DNA of 63,463 bases, the filler included, from Octopus bimaculoides (Eukaryota), in the NCBI RefSeq assembly GCF_001194135.2. It is 5 parts of 5 records of this genome, joined end to end, with 100 filler letters (N's around TTAATTAATTAA, not from the genome) between each part and the next. Parts side by side here need not be neighbours in the genome. Positions count along the whole stretch, not along the records: positions 7,536 to 30,164 come from NC_068982.1; positions 30,265 to 59,700 come from NC_068995.1; 3 more parts are not named here. The stretch is one strand, 5' to 3'. Below the pieces are notes generated by a model. The model ran no database searches, had not been told where the DNA came from, and saw nothing but the letters and a program-made list of their open reading frames with translations. Of this stretch, positions 25,483 to 39,218 are shown piece by piece. The first letter of the stretch is position 1. Each line of letters opens with the position of its first letter. A program made the translations under genes and the position numbers.

Positions 25483-25561
25483 GAGTTATTTATTCTAACT
25501 GGTCTGATTATGATCCTATGAATAGGATCATAGGACTTATATACACCTTTTATATGTATAT

Positions 25562-25765
25562 AAGGCGGAGAGCTGGTTGATTCGTTAGCATAGCAGATAA
25601 AATGTCTGGAAGCATTTCTTTCGGCTCTTTCGTTCCGAGTTCAAATCCTACTGACATCAACTTTGCTTTTCATCCCTTCGGGATTGATAAAATAAAGTAC
25701 CAGTCAGGTACAGGGCTCGATGTAACTGACTTGTCTCTTCATTTCGAAAATTGTTGGCCATAGAC
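25562..25765 (+). mobile_element. tRNA-derived SINE (ggcggcgagctggcag family)
   Basis: gattcgttagc...gagttcaaatcc...ctttcatcccttcggg..gataaaataaagtaccag. Confidence 0.75.
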
Positions 25766-26148
25766 CATCCAATGGACCGAAGTCTCATTTAGGGAGTGTT
25801 GCAATCTCAGTCATTTGTACGCCATGGGAAACTTGATAAATGACCTAGGGAGTCTGAGGAGTCTATAAAAAAAAATGTTTAATGCATCCTGTATATACTC
25901 CTTATATGCATACACACATACGCACATACACGCACGCACACACACGCACACACATTCACACGCATACACACTCAGGCGACTCATTTTTCATTTTGGACGT
26001 TGGAGTACGCAGTTATTCAATCAACTGAACGATCTATTCATTGAATTAATGTGCGAAGTGAGTGATTATTGCATCGACACATGAACTCGACGTAATTCTC
26101 ATGTAGAAACGGTGGAGAACTTATTTAAAAGCTCATATATATTTCTAA

Positions 26149-26298
26149 ACATAATTAAGGGATCAGCAAATATTTGCTTCACCATATACCGAAGTTCAGA
26201 AATAGCAGCTAAAAAAGCTGAGACTCCCACAGATAGCATCACTTGTAACTCACAAAGGTATATGGTGAAGCAAATATTTGCTGATCCCTTAATTATGT
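26149..26298. repeat. Perfect 42-bp inverted repeat with 66-bp spacer (foldback MITE-like)
   Basis: acataattaagggatcagcaaatatttgcttcaccatatacc (26149-26190) is the reverse complement of 26257-26298. Confidence 0.9.
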
Positions 26299-27129
26299 AT
26301 ATATATATATATATATATATATGCTTGTGTGTGTGTGTGCGTGTGTGCGTGTGTGTGTGTGTGTGTATGTGTGTGTGTGTGTGCGTGTGTGTGTGTACGT
26401 GTGTGTGTGTGTGTAATAGAATAACAATAAAAAGAGAGACAGGTATCGTGTCAGAATATAACAGAGTCATACTGATCCAACATAAATAGAAAGAAAAAGC
26501 AAATACACGAAGGAGTATAAATCACAGGAGATCAGTAAGTTTTCCACTAAGGAATGTTAATAATAATTGCTATGTAGACAGGTAGACTGCAGAAAGAAAC
26601 AGAAGATAAAAGGGTAGTACTGATATGATATAGTTTGGTAGATAGAAGGTCATTATAGGTAAAAACTTTAAAATTAAAAGAGAAGGAAAAAGGTTTGAAG
26701 AATTATCCTAAAAGCTCTTTCAAGATTAGTTGCATAATCGGTGCAGAGCTCTGCAAGCTGCCTGCATCCAACATTTTAGTGGCAGTTTATCCCATCTTCG
26801 GAGGAAAAATATGTTGAAGCTAGGTGAGAAATAATATGAAAAGTAGTAGTAATAAAAAGAATGAACATACAGGAGAGGAGACCGATTAACTAATGTCGTT
26901 TCTCCCTGTAAGTTGTATACATATATACATAAGTTCAGAATTCAAGTGAATCAGGTCCTTAGATAGTGAAATGGCACTTACTTTGGAATTTAAGATATTT
27001 TGAAATGTTTAATTCATACATATATTCAGCTGATGAAAATAGTTTTTCGGATGATGTAATATTTCTATTCATCAAAAAAAACAAAAAAAAAACACGTCTG
27101 AGACAGCTGTTGTGAGTGAACCACACCGG

Positions 27130-27337
27130 CTGTTTCATCATGTTGAACCATTATTCCCTACACATTTTTTCTCCCCGTTTTTTCGTTCTTTTTCTATTTT
27201 TCCCCTCAATCCTTTCAGTCGAAGAGCGTAGGCTCAAAATATCAAAGACTTTTCCATTCTTCCTGAGTGTTAAACTAATGCACCTGCTTGTTGTTCCTTC
27301 ACTTGTATTCGTCTTTTGTTTTCTGTAAATTTAAACT
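27130..27337 (+). mobile_element. HHR-bearing short repeat (family D), with decayed motif at 27212-27247
   Basis: CUUU-CAGUCGA-A-GAGC-guag-GCUC-AAAAU-AUC-AAAG; flanks align with the reverse complement of 12549-12730. Confidence 0.7.
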
Positions 27338-27344
27338 ATGCATG

Positions 27345-27478
<134 letters not shown>

Positions 27479-28400
27479 ATTCTGATTCGATACGTGTTGT
27501 TTGCCAGTCCATTCTTTTATGCATGTATGAGCTTGATCGATACATTGCCCTCAGCCAATTCTCATTTAGGCAACTACCACATCCCTACATTTAGAGTTGC
27601 GTTCAGTTACGAATTGGTCCTGGGCACTAATTCTATACACCTATAACCCTATATCATTAGACATTGCGGATCTTTTCTGTTTTGCTTCAATTTTTGAAAT
27701 TTTAAAATTGAGTGAAACTTTTAAATGTAATTTTTACATGCTCAGAGTCTAATTCACTTGTTCCATAAATTTTTTTTTTTAAATGTTGCAGAAGTTTGAT
27801 CATTTTTACCCAGTCAGAAAACAGGATTCGGAAGCTGTCATTTTGTGCGTGACTACACGTGTTGTCAACTGTAAGCAAATAAAATATTGGCGGGATTTTA
27901 CTTTACGCACGCGTATAACTCCTCATAATATTTTTATCTTTGGAATTTTCAGAAATTTTTTGCGAATTTGTATTCTACACTTAGGAATTCATACGATTAT
28001 GCAAAAACAAACAAAAATTGGTGCTGTTGTTTTTAGTAAATCTCACAACCAACTCATATCGCGTGTGTTTTAAGCATTCAATAAGTGACAAAAAGAACAC
28101 ATAATAAGCAGCTTGGTAACAGCTTGGCTTGTTACTATGGAAACAGGCACTTATATGTCTGTGGTTTTCGCTTGGCTAAAATTACCCAAAATTTGCAAAC
28201 TTTGAAAGTTATTTACTCTTTATTTATTGATCAATGGCAAAAAAATAAATTTCATATCAATAATTACCATACAAAACTAAATCAACATGCCAAATATGAA
28301 ATCAATTGGAACAAAATTGAAGAAATTGAAAAGTGGTAGCCAGTAAGAAAAGATCCAACATTGTATTGCACACAATTTGTATGTATGTATGTATGTATGT

Positions 28401-28787
28401 GGAGGCGCAATGGCCCAGTGGTTAGGGCAGCGGACTCACGGTCATAGGATCGCGGTTTCGATTACCAGACCGGGCGTTGTGAGTGTTTATTGAGCGAAAA
28501 CACCTAAAAGCTCCACGAGGCTCCGGCAGGGGATGGTGGCGAACCCTGCTGTACTCTTCCACCACAACTTTCTCTCACTCTATCTTCCTGTTTCTGTTGT
28601 GCCTGTAATTCAAAGGGTCAGCCTTGTCACACTGTGTCACGCTGAATATCCCCAAGAACTACGTTAAGGGTACACGTGTCTGTGGAGTGCTCAGCCACTT
28701 GCACGTTAATTTCACGAGCAGGCTGTTCCGTTGATCGGATCAACTGGAACCCTCAACGTCGTAAGCGACGGAGTGCCAACAACAACA
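28401..28787 (+). mobile_element. Apparently full-length tRNA-derived SINE ending in (AAC)n, inserted in (TATG)n
   Basis: A box tggcccagtgg, B box ggtttcgatta; body tgtcacgctgaat...gggtacacgtgtctg.ggagtgctca shared with 41710-41990; TATG repeats on both sides. Confidence 0.85.
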
Positions 28788-29400
28788 TGTATGTATGTAT
28801 GTATGTATGTATGTATGTATCTATGTGTGTATGTATGTATGTATGCATGAAAAAAGTCTTGCATATTTTTACTGCTCCATTTATAGATTGTTTTGGTTAA
28901 AGTGCGAAACAGTTGGTTGATTTCTTTCTCTGGAAACACTAGCTTATCCAGATGGCCACTTAGGTATTTACTTAGAAAACCAGGTGCAACCAATTGGTGT
29001 AAATGGGAATTTATGATCTGAATATAGAAGTTGGAGGTTTCAAAACAGTTATCCACTGTTATTCTCTTCCTCTTTGATTTTCAAAGAAATATTCACATCA
29101 GCATCTGATAAGGGTACACCACGCACGATACGTTTATATCCGGCCTGATATATTTAGGCTTAACAGATGTTTTGATCGAATGTTCCACTGGCACTCTTTG
29201 TGTTGATGTTTGTGTATTCAGTAACTGGGGGATTCTCTATATTTATTCCAGGTCTGTCTTTTTTCCCGAATGACATTGCACATTATTTTTGCAACAACAT
29301 CGTGCTGCATAGAGAGGCAGTAACTTAGTGACGTTTTGGGCAGCTGTTAATCGCGTGTGATGTCTTCCACAGAAATATGACATATTCTTCATTGTCGGTT

Positions 29401-29482
<82 letters not shown>

Positions 29483-30264
29483 GTAATACATTAAAAGTCA
29501 GCTTGAATCTTGCTTGCTTACTTGAAATGTTACCCAGCCAAACTGGCGCATAGTGTGAAAACACTAAGAATTAAATACATCCTGAAATGTTAATACGAAC
29601 AGAATAAAACAAGTTTCACGTAAATCGGTGGTTTACAAGTGGGTTTTGAGATATTAGAGCTTTTCGGAGTATAAATACTCAAAACGGTGCATAATGAGAA
29701 AATATTCCGAAAATAATCCTTATCTCTTATCTTTCGATTAGACACAGTGACTTGACATTGAAAAAATACGACTTGTTTTTTACAGTAAATGTTCCTATTT
29801 CCGCTTTTGCTAAACACAATATTTTAATCATTTAGAAATATTTTCAAGTGAATGTGATTTCAAAAATGTAAGTTGTTTGTACAGTAAGTATTTCTATTTT
29901 AGCTTTCTTTAAACAAACAATATTTTAATGTCTTTTTAAGTTATTTTCAAGTGAATAGCATTAAATTTTTTTTTTTTGCATATTTAAAAAATATTTTAAA
30001 ATGAAAAGGATTTTAAAAATACGGTAAATATTTCGTAAAAGAACCGTTCGTAACCTCGCTTTCCATAGGGTTTTTTCGTGTGCACTCAATGTATCTCACC
30101 GCGAAAGATTTGGCTGCTATTTCTAGCACACCCTGCGACCACATAACAGCTATTTGCAATAAAGNNNNNNNNNNNNNNNNNNNNNNNNNNNNNNNNNNNN
30201 NNNNNNNNTTAATTAATTAANNNNNNNNNNNNNNNNNNNNNNNNNNNNNNNNNNNNNNNNNNNN

Positions 30265-30295
<31 letters not shown>

Positions 30296-30917
30296 TATTC
30301 AAAAACACATACACACACATATGCATACATATACTTACGTAAGTATATACATACATACACAGATACATACATGCATACATACATACATACATACATACAT
30401 ACATACAGACACACACACACGTACATAGCCAGTTATAGAAATATTCAAGAAACATTCCCTGATGTCAAAGACAGAAATTGACACACGCATACAGTATGTA
30501 GTCTATTCTTAGACTCACTAACGTAAACTGATACAGCCATAGTGAACTCTCATTCTTATGAACAAGGCATTCTTTATTTCACGCTAGGAAATGTTTCCAA
30601 GGTAAACAGTCATTCAGTAACACGGACGGGTCCATTCTTCTTCAAACTACTATTTATTCTATTTCTCCTGCTTGTATACAATCCTAATTCTTTTTTTCTC
30701 TTTTTATTTCTAACATTTTTTGGCGAATTTTGTGTTTTTGGGCGTTTAGAAACGTTTTTATTCTCTATCAGTTTTGCTTTTTGACATGGCTCATTTTATT
30801 TTATTTTGATGTTATTTCAACGTTTCATTCAGTTGTGTAGGTGCAAAACGAGTTATGTTACATTTACCTTCAAATGCGTTATCATTTTTTTTTGCTCTGA
30901 GTGGTGGTTGTGGCAAG

Positions 30918-31112
30918 AATTAATCTGTGGGGGTAGATTGTTAGATCATCGAGCAAAATATCTTGCGCTATTTCGTTAGACTATTCTATGTTCTGATTTC
31001 AAATCTCACCAACGTTAGCATTGACTTTCATTACCTCACCATCGATCAGATCAACTGCGAGACGAGTATATTAGGGTCGATGTAAACTGACTAATCTCTC
31101 CTCCTAAAACTG
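30918..31112 (+). mobile_element. Degenerate SINE (ggcggcgagctggcag family)
   Basis: ttgttag..tcgagcaaaat...tatgttctgatttcaaat...gggtcgatgtaaactgact. Confidence 0.6.
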
Positions 31113-32057
31113 CTGGTCATGTGTCAGAAAATGAAGTCGTCTTCCTCTTCTACCTCCCCTTCCTTTCCCCCCCTTCTTCTTCCTCCTCCTCCTCCTCAAT
31201 CCAACTTCCTCTTATTGACCTCAAAAGAATGAAAGGCAAAATACCAGTTCAGCACTGGGGTAATCGACTTATCCCCTCTCTCAATCTTGCTGGCCTTATG
31301 CCAAAATATGGAACCTTTATTAGTTTTGTTGTTGGTGTTGTTTTCGTTGCTTTATCTACAAGATACTTCTTCGATTCCCTTGGAACGTTTATAATGTTTA
31401 AATGTCTTTCAGAAGTATATTTAAAGAATATTTCTTTGTTCTGTTTTGTCTCTAAACTAGTCATAATTCTAAGGAATTCAACGGAACTACTGCTTGAGAA
31501 AGACCAGAAAGAGAGAAAATAATGTCCTCATCATGTGTCTCCCTTTAACTAATCCATCTCTTCCTCCCACCCCTTCCTCATTACTCCACTCTCTTTAAGC
31601 CTTTATATTTGTAAATATTGCTAGAGCATATGCAGTCATGTTAAAGTACGTCTAACTTACTTTAAACAATATCATCGGAATTTGTCACAAATCACACACT
31701 TACGCACACAGTACATATCAATATGGTTGTTACATAAGATATGGCCTCTTGAAACAGGTGCCGGGATAAAATTTTACATAACTCCTCTGCTCTTTTGTTA
31801 TCTTTTTACTTCATTCCGTAGTCTTTATTTTGTGCACCATGTGAATATACGTCTCAAGCCTAACTGTATTATCTATCTTGCTTCCTCCATAATAGGTCTT
31901 TAAGGATTATTCTTATAGCCGACTTTCTCTGCGAAAGCTCTGGCTCTGGAGGAGGAGGTAGGAGTTTAGGCTCTCATCCACTTTTGAGTACTACTCTGCG
32001 TTATCTGTTTTAAGCTTATTTCACTTTCAACTACTCACTCCATATACATATACATAT

Positions 32058-32120
<63 letters not shown>

Positions 32121-32919
32121 CATACACACACACAATCACCACACTTGGATCAGCTTGCCCTCCAATCAGCAACAAGTATCTTATGCCTGAAACCGTAAAT
32201 ACTACGAAACTGTATGTGAAAAGCAAAGTTAACGTTACATAAATGAAAAAAAATATGTAAGCATAAAATATTAGTTGAAATATTCCAAAATGTCACTTTC
32301 AGTCCATTTCAATTCATTTTTCACTTAATTGGGCCATATTAAGTTGATGTTAAATCATGGATACTTAGATCCTAGCCTAAACGTTCCTGTTTCTCTGTTA
32401 TTCGGAAGAGCACAATTCATTCATATAATATTGAAACACTCACGGCTAGGATTAATAGAAGTACTAAATGTGAACATTAAATATGGGTTCATGAAAATAT
32501 ATTGACGCTAGTGGGACCTGTGGAAATTCCGCAGAACGAAAAAAATTAAGAGAAGCTATTTAAGAAAGAAGGGATGATTTTTATTTTTGTTTTGCCAAGT
32601 TATTTCACTTCCAGTTCAAATAATATGTGGCTTTAAAATTTCCCTCTGCTAAGCACTTTTTGTCTACCTTTTCAACAAACATTCAAGCAAGGTAATTCCC
32701 TTCTTCACGTCTTTTATCTCTTTCTATTTACCTTTCCCTCCTCACCCTACAGCACGTCATTAACACTTCTCTCTCCCACTTTTCTCTCATTGTCTTTCTC
32801 TCTCGCTCTTCGGCTCTCCCTTCAACTAACCACATGATGCATTTGGCCTTAGTGTATTATTATACTCCTCTCTCCTTTTTCATTTACTCACATTCCTCAC
32901 CCACTTTGTCACTCAATCC

Positions 32920-33040
32920 ACCCCTCTCCCACTCCACCTCTCACTCACTCCACCTCTCACTCACTCTACCTCTCACTGGCTCCACCTCTCACTCACTCCA
33001 CCTATCACTCACCCCATCTCTCACTCACTCCACCTCTCTA
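32920..33040. repeat. Degenerate CT-rich tandem repeat (ccacctctcactcact-like)
   Basis: Direct reading. Confidence 0.8.
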
Positions 33041-34518
33041 ACTAAAGTATAACGGGCGAACGAACAAACAGATTATTTTAAAGATCTATAACATACGCTG
33101 TATTGGTGTGCAAATAGCGCTATTCAGAAACTTGTTCACATTTCTCAACATTTGATTTACGCTACATATTTTCGACATCTTTGAAGCAGAATTAAATAAT
33201 CACAGATGAGTTTTGATTAAGACAAACGTAATTGGGTCAACTCTGATTCGAAACTACGGAACATATGTTTTAACCACAGTGTCTACCTTCATATGTAGAT
33301 AAGGTAAATGCTTATTAATCATAACGACATGACTCCTATGCATTCACAACCTATGCATTGTGGATACCATATTTTTTTACTGCCCTTACATTAGAAATAA
33401 TGTCTCCTTTTCGAATCTACTCTTGTACAAGAATAAATTCCCTGCTAATGATCGGAAACCGTGTAGGTATAAATATCAAAAAGAAATTACCGAAAAAAGC
33501 GAAGGTTAATAGCTCGGAATTTATGCGTATTAACTTATAGGATACAGGAAAGGATTTTCGCTTCATTGTTTATCGTTAGGCAGCACTTATCATGCAGAGC
33601 TGATAAAGTTTATCTCCAGTAAAATATCGTATTCTTATTGGTTTAGCAAATGTTGTAAGTACCATAGAATACAGTGCATTAGATTTCTGTAGAGGTAGCC
33701 AATCTGACAAATAGAATAAACCTATCCAGAGGATAATACAGAACTGAAGTAAATGGATATTACTACATTTTCAGATAAAAATCTATCCCTGGTGGTTTAT
33801 CACGTTTATTAGACTATTACCGCTGTCAGGTTATCACAAACTGTTGAATTCCAATTGAAATACTAAACAAATATAAATCAAGCGACGAAATGTGTAAAAG
33901 CATAACAAAATAGACCTTTGTATTGTAGATCTGCATTGATCTGCGTAAAAGTATCGATACTATTACATGAATACCTCCTTAAAAAATGAAGGTTGAGACA
34001 TCATGGGGACCGTAAACCAAATAAGGTATTGCGTTGCTACCCTAGAGAAAGCATTTCATGTATTAACTATGGATGAAAAATAAATACTATCTTATTATGC
34101 CCTTATAAACTCTGTGACTGCAGAATGTCTTTTCCTGAAAGAAGTACGGGGAAGTTTAGTCCATGTGCTTAATGTTACACAAATGTACGGGAAAATACCG
34201 ATATGAGGAACTATATTATCGAGTAAAACGTGAATCTGCGTAGTAGATTATTGCAAAATAGGCAAGACTCTTTTTACATACGTTTTATGGAAGCTGTTTC
34301 ATGGGAGTATCAGGAAAAAGATTTAAGATATAAATGTCAGGAAATAAATATATGACATAAATAACAGTTTTACAATCGGTATAGTTTATAAATATTATGA
34401 AGTTTCATGGGTAATATGATATTAGTCGTCAAAAAGATCCCTTTTACTTTGATATTTACAGTGTGTTACATGTGAATACACACATGTATGTCATATATGC
34501 TTTCTATGCGTGCATGTA

Positions 34519-34564
<46 letters not shown>

Positions 34565-35159
34565 CATGTACGCGCGCGCGTAGACACGCGCACACATGCA
34601 TATACAGAGCCAAAGGAGTATAAGCTCAGACAGACTTGTACCGATGTATCTGTCTCTATATAAGCCTGTGGAAGTCTAGCCCACGCATGCAAATTTCAAT
34701 TTCACCTTTCTACGCCTCGAAGGATGTCGAAGGGAAAAGCCACAGTAATACAGACGATAGAGAAGCATCGTCACTCCTATTACTCTTTGAACTCAAAGGG
34801 CCGGAATATATACAGAATGGCATTAGCGGTTGCTCTAATCCGCCTTCCTGGAGAGGTACACATGCTCTTTATCAATGGCCACAATCAAATGACTGAAACA
34901 AGTAAAAGAATATATATATATATACACTATAGAATATAATACTATATAGTATCGCTTCAAACAATACACATACGAGTGTCATAAACATCCTATATTTCAA
35001 TCCTAAATTACCAAAATTCTGCCAGCTGCCTCTTTGGGAGATTCTGTTTCTGAAAGGTTTTTCTATATATAGTTCCCCACTTATATCACATCTGATGACG
35101 AAATGCATGCTGACCTCAGCTAAACCTTTATTGAATATATATATTTTTACGTCTACGTG

Positions 35160-35229
<70 letters not shown>

Positions 35230-35567
35230 GTGTAAATTTAAGTATTTCATTTTGTATACGCCACAATCTATTTGTGCTAACGATTTTACCAGCTCGCCGC
35301 CCTAACGCCATTGTTGCCCTAAAGCCATCTCGCCGTTAGATATGTTGTTGAAGCAATAGCGTGATAGACAACCACTCAAATATGAGTGCATCGTAGCAGA
35401 AACTGATGCAAGCTAATGAAGGTCACGTCATGATATCTTATTGCCTTGTCATTTTAATTACTCGTCTTTGTGTGTGTGTGTGCGTGTGTACTCCAGCCGA
35501 AAGTGGTGCCACAGCATGACCGCAGCCGCATGGTTGAAACGAGTAAAAGAGTTATACATATATATTT

Positions 35568-35569
<2 letters not shown>

Positions 35570-35629
<60 letters not shown>

Positions 35630-35662
35630 GTCTATCTGTCTGTCTATCTGTCTGTCTGTCTT

Positions 35663-35742
<80 letters not shown>

Positions 35743-35745
35743 ACT
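35570..35745. repeat. (TATC)n-(TGTC)n-(TATC)n compound microsatellite
   Basis: Direct reading. Confidence 0.95.
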
Positions 35746-38700
35746 ATCTATAATATTACTATACTTAAGAATAGATAGTTATTTTAATTATATGTTATCC
35801 GAATCTACGACCGTGTTTCTAGCATTCAAAACACTCTAATAACTGTACTCATATACCTTGATGAAGTTTTAAAACTTCACCGGAAACGAATAGCAAAACC
35901 TGAAATACCGAGAGTTCTGCTACGATCTCTGTCCTTGTAATCAAACTTTAAGGAGTTCTAAAAACCGAAGTTATAATTAAGAAACGTAACTTACTCTATG
36001 AAATAAATTGATGTTATGAGCAAAACACTATATTAGTTATATGAAATAATATAATTCCTACTGTTATGAATTCACTCAATGATTGGAGAGCTGTTTATGA
36101 CAATGCATTATATGAAACATGTAATTCCGTTATATTTCAGAGAAATTTCTTTTTCATTAAAATTGTTATCTGTTTCAGTGTATTTCTTATTTTTTTTACG
36201 TAAATTTTGTTTATTAGATTTGTTTTTGTAGAGATATTTTACTTGCTAAAAAATCATAAATGAGTTTTCACTATTTCCGGTTCTTTCCATTATTTTCCAA
36301 TGTTGATTTCTAAACCTCTTTATATAAGCAGAAGTTTTCATCTAAGGCTTCTTCTTTGCTATTTGCTGACAACACCATCTCGCGGGTATATTTCTGCCTC
36401 GAGTGTTAGAAACACTTTGTTCAGAAAATAGAGATTATACATATTGGAAGAAGAATTAAAATTATCAGAGGCATTCATATCGAGATTAACTTGAATAAAA
36501 TAACTCTAAGAAACAATATTAAGAAAAGGAAATATTAACATCTTCAAAGAAGTGCAATATGTGCCACTTTTCTCATATAGCTGAATACTTCTGCGATAAT
36601 GGCTGCAAATCCTATTTTGGTGCCGCTATGTCTATGCTTTTAGGAATGAAGCAAAGCATAAATCTCTTAATACAAATTCTAGAATTTCAATGTATCAATA
36701 ACTAATGAGACTAGTGGACTTCTACAGATGGTAACATAGTAATTTGTAAGGAGAAGATACACAATAGAAACACACAACTATACACACACACACAAACATA
36801 CCCAAATACATATACAGAGATGTACGTATGCGTATACATAATCATACGTGTACGTATGTATAATCATAAACACACACAAAAGCTTACCCACGTACACACA
36901 TGTTTATGTGTATAATTCCGCGCAGTTATGTTACTCTACATGTACGTTTGTGGTGTTTGATTATGCACAAAGGATTCATGTATAGATCTTTATATTTCAG
37001 CTTGTGTCGGGTATCACGTAGATCTTCCTTAACGTTCATAACAAGAAAATAGAGGCATATGGTGGTCATTTGCTCTCTATTCAGTTTATCTTCGTTTAGA
37101 ATTACAGTGTGGTGACAAGTACTGGATCACGTTATCCTTTATTCATTAGTAGAAGAACATTTGGTCAAACAAGTACAGTTGGTCAAACATGCATAAAAAA
37201 ATTTGATTGGCAACATCTAGTAATCACAGCATACCCATACATTAGATACTAAAGATTAATAATAATATAAAAAAAAAAAACTAGCCAATTAAACAGCTTT
37301 ATGTTTTTGGATGTTAGAATAACAAAGTCGACACGATTCATGTGTGAGTTTGAGTGTACATTCTATATATATATATATATATGCACTTGCGTGCTCCTAT
37401 ATATATATATATATATATACATTTCACGAGATACTCATTGTTACATTACCTGATGAGACGCTTCAGCACCGATGCACCGAGGTATGCAATACAACTAGTT
37501 GTATAGTTTCCCGCCCGCAAGGGATGGTTGCAGGTGTGGCGAAACAATCATTCTGAGCAATAAATTTTCCCGCGTATTCCATTTCTCCTCTCTGTCGTTA
37601 TATATATATGTTGTTTTTCTGATTTTCGTTTTCATTCAATTATTTGTTTATATGAATGGACTACATGTACATTAAAATATGCATGCATGTATTTATGTAT
37701 ATATCTATGTATGCATGTATGTATATGTGTCTTTGTATTTTTGTTTGTCCTTCATCACTCTAGGGTGATCGTATTTGTCTGAGAGCCCACTGTATGGTAC
37801 TCTATCGCGACGGGTGTTAGATCCTGAGGAGTAATAAGTACTTTTAACATATACAAGCAATTTCCGACCCCATGTTGTTCTGCGTAACATGTACTGAACT
37901 ATAACACATATGGTATTGCAAAGGTGATAACGAACCAGGGTCTTGATCACTTGCAATGCCTCTGTCTGCCATCCTTTTGCTATGCTCTCACATAAACTGG
38001 TATATGAACACCACTGCCATGTACTGTGCCCTGCATTCAGTATTAACTGTCAGTCAGGTTTTGACATAAACTTGAAATTTCTAACTTCTCTAAGAACAAG
38101 ACGTTAGTCCAGAGATCTGTTAGAGATTCCCATATATGGTTCTTTGAGAATATAGAAAAATTTTCCATCCCTTTGTAAGTAGAATTTAAATAAATACTTT
38201 TGTTATCCATTCCTGAATAAAATTTCGAAATCTTCTTTAATAAAATTTTGTCACAGTTATGGTAACAAAATTTTAACAAAATTTTAACAAAATTTTGTCA
38301 CAGTCATGTGATCTGTGCATATCTAATTTCCATGTGAGAGTAATTTCGGCAAAACTTCTGCATTTGTTAATGCTTCCTCTTGGTAAAAGGTAGCGTGTCT
38401 GTATGTTTAATTTCATTGTTTTGTTGTCAATAAAGTTACTACAACTGTTCCCGAGAAGCACGCCGAGTTTTTACAATATGTTCATGTTAACAGATCCCCT
38501 TGTTCTCTGGGTGATCCAGAAGACTTCACTTATTTTTTCTTTCGCAGGTCGTGGTTACTATATTTTGAAGCCATTTTGCTCATGTGTGCAGGCAAATAAC
38601 GAAAGATATTTTGTATAAGAACAAATATCATTCGTTCGTTTAAACGTTATTAGGGTGTATTTGCCAAATTCCAAAGTTTCTAAGTAATTAGAAATAATAT

Positions 38701-38789
38701 TATTTCCTGAATTTGAACGTGTCTGAATTTTGCATTTTGAAGAATGATGTGAAATACATACTGACACGGTCAACAGCGAAGAATAGTAA

Positions 38790-38960
38790 TAATTATTGTT
38801 ACTAATGCAAACACATGCCGGAAATTTGGGGGAAGGGATGCGTTGATTAGACGGACGCCAGCGCTTGACTGATATTTTATTTTGTTGATCTAGAAAGGAC
38901 GAAAAGAAAAGTTGACCTTGGGCAATTTAAACTGAGAACGTAAAGAGTCGAAACAAGTAA
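38790..38960 (-). mobile_element. Degenerate SINE (ggcggcgagctggcag family)
   Basis: aaaagttgaccttgggcaatttaaactgagaacgtaaag is the reverse complement of the family B-box region. Confidence 0.65.
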
Positions 38961-39157
38961 AGCAACACATTTTATTCAAATACTTAATGATTCATCTAAT
39001 CCAAAATTTTATGAAACTACAAGACTAGGTGAAAGCGCTTATTTATAAAACACGTGACATATGAATACAAATCTGTAAATATACAACCATCCAGACACCT
39101 GAGTACCTGATTATTCTTTTTTCTAATATATAATTCCTGTACATCACCTCCAGACCT

Positions 39158-39218
<61 letters not shown>

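Noticed and set aside
28401-28475. tRNA gene (likewise heads at 16410, 41710, 49105, 49969, 59270)
   Set aside because: A/B boxes are present but the cloverleaf is incomplete and each continues into a shared repeat body: SINE heads.
28712-29056. 114-aa minus-strand ORF with a non-repetitive N-terminal half
   Set aside because: No recognisable motif, runs into a microsatellite and SINE, and has no splice support.
35085-35112. ctgatgacgaaatgcat
   Set aside because: Core halves are adjacent with no stem II and no stem I partner.
36340-36520. LLFADNT, a possible RT catalytic motif
   Set aside because: Single short motif without flanking RT motifs in a consistent frame; too weak to call.
37448-37485. 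ctgatgagacgcttcagcacc
   Set aside because: Lacks the GAAA half of the core and stem II is mismatched.
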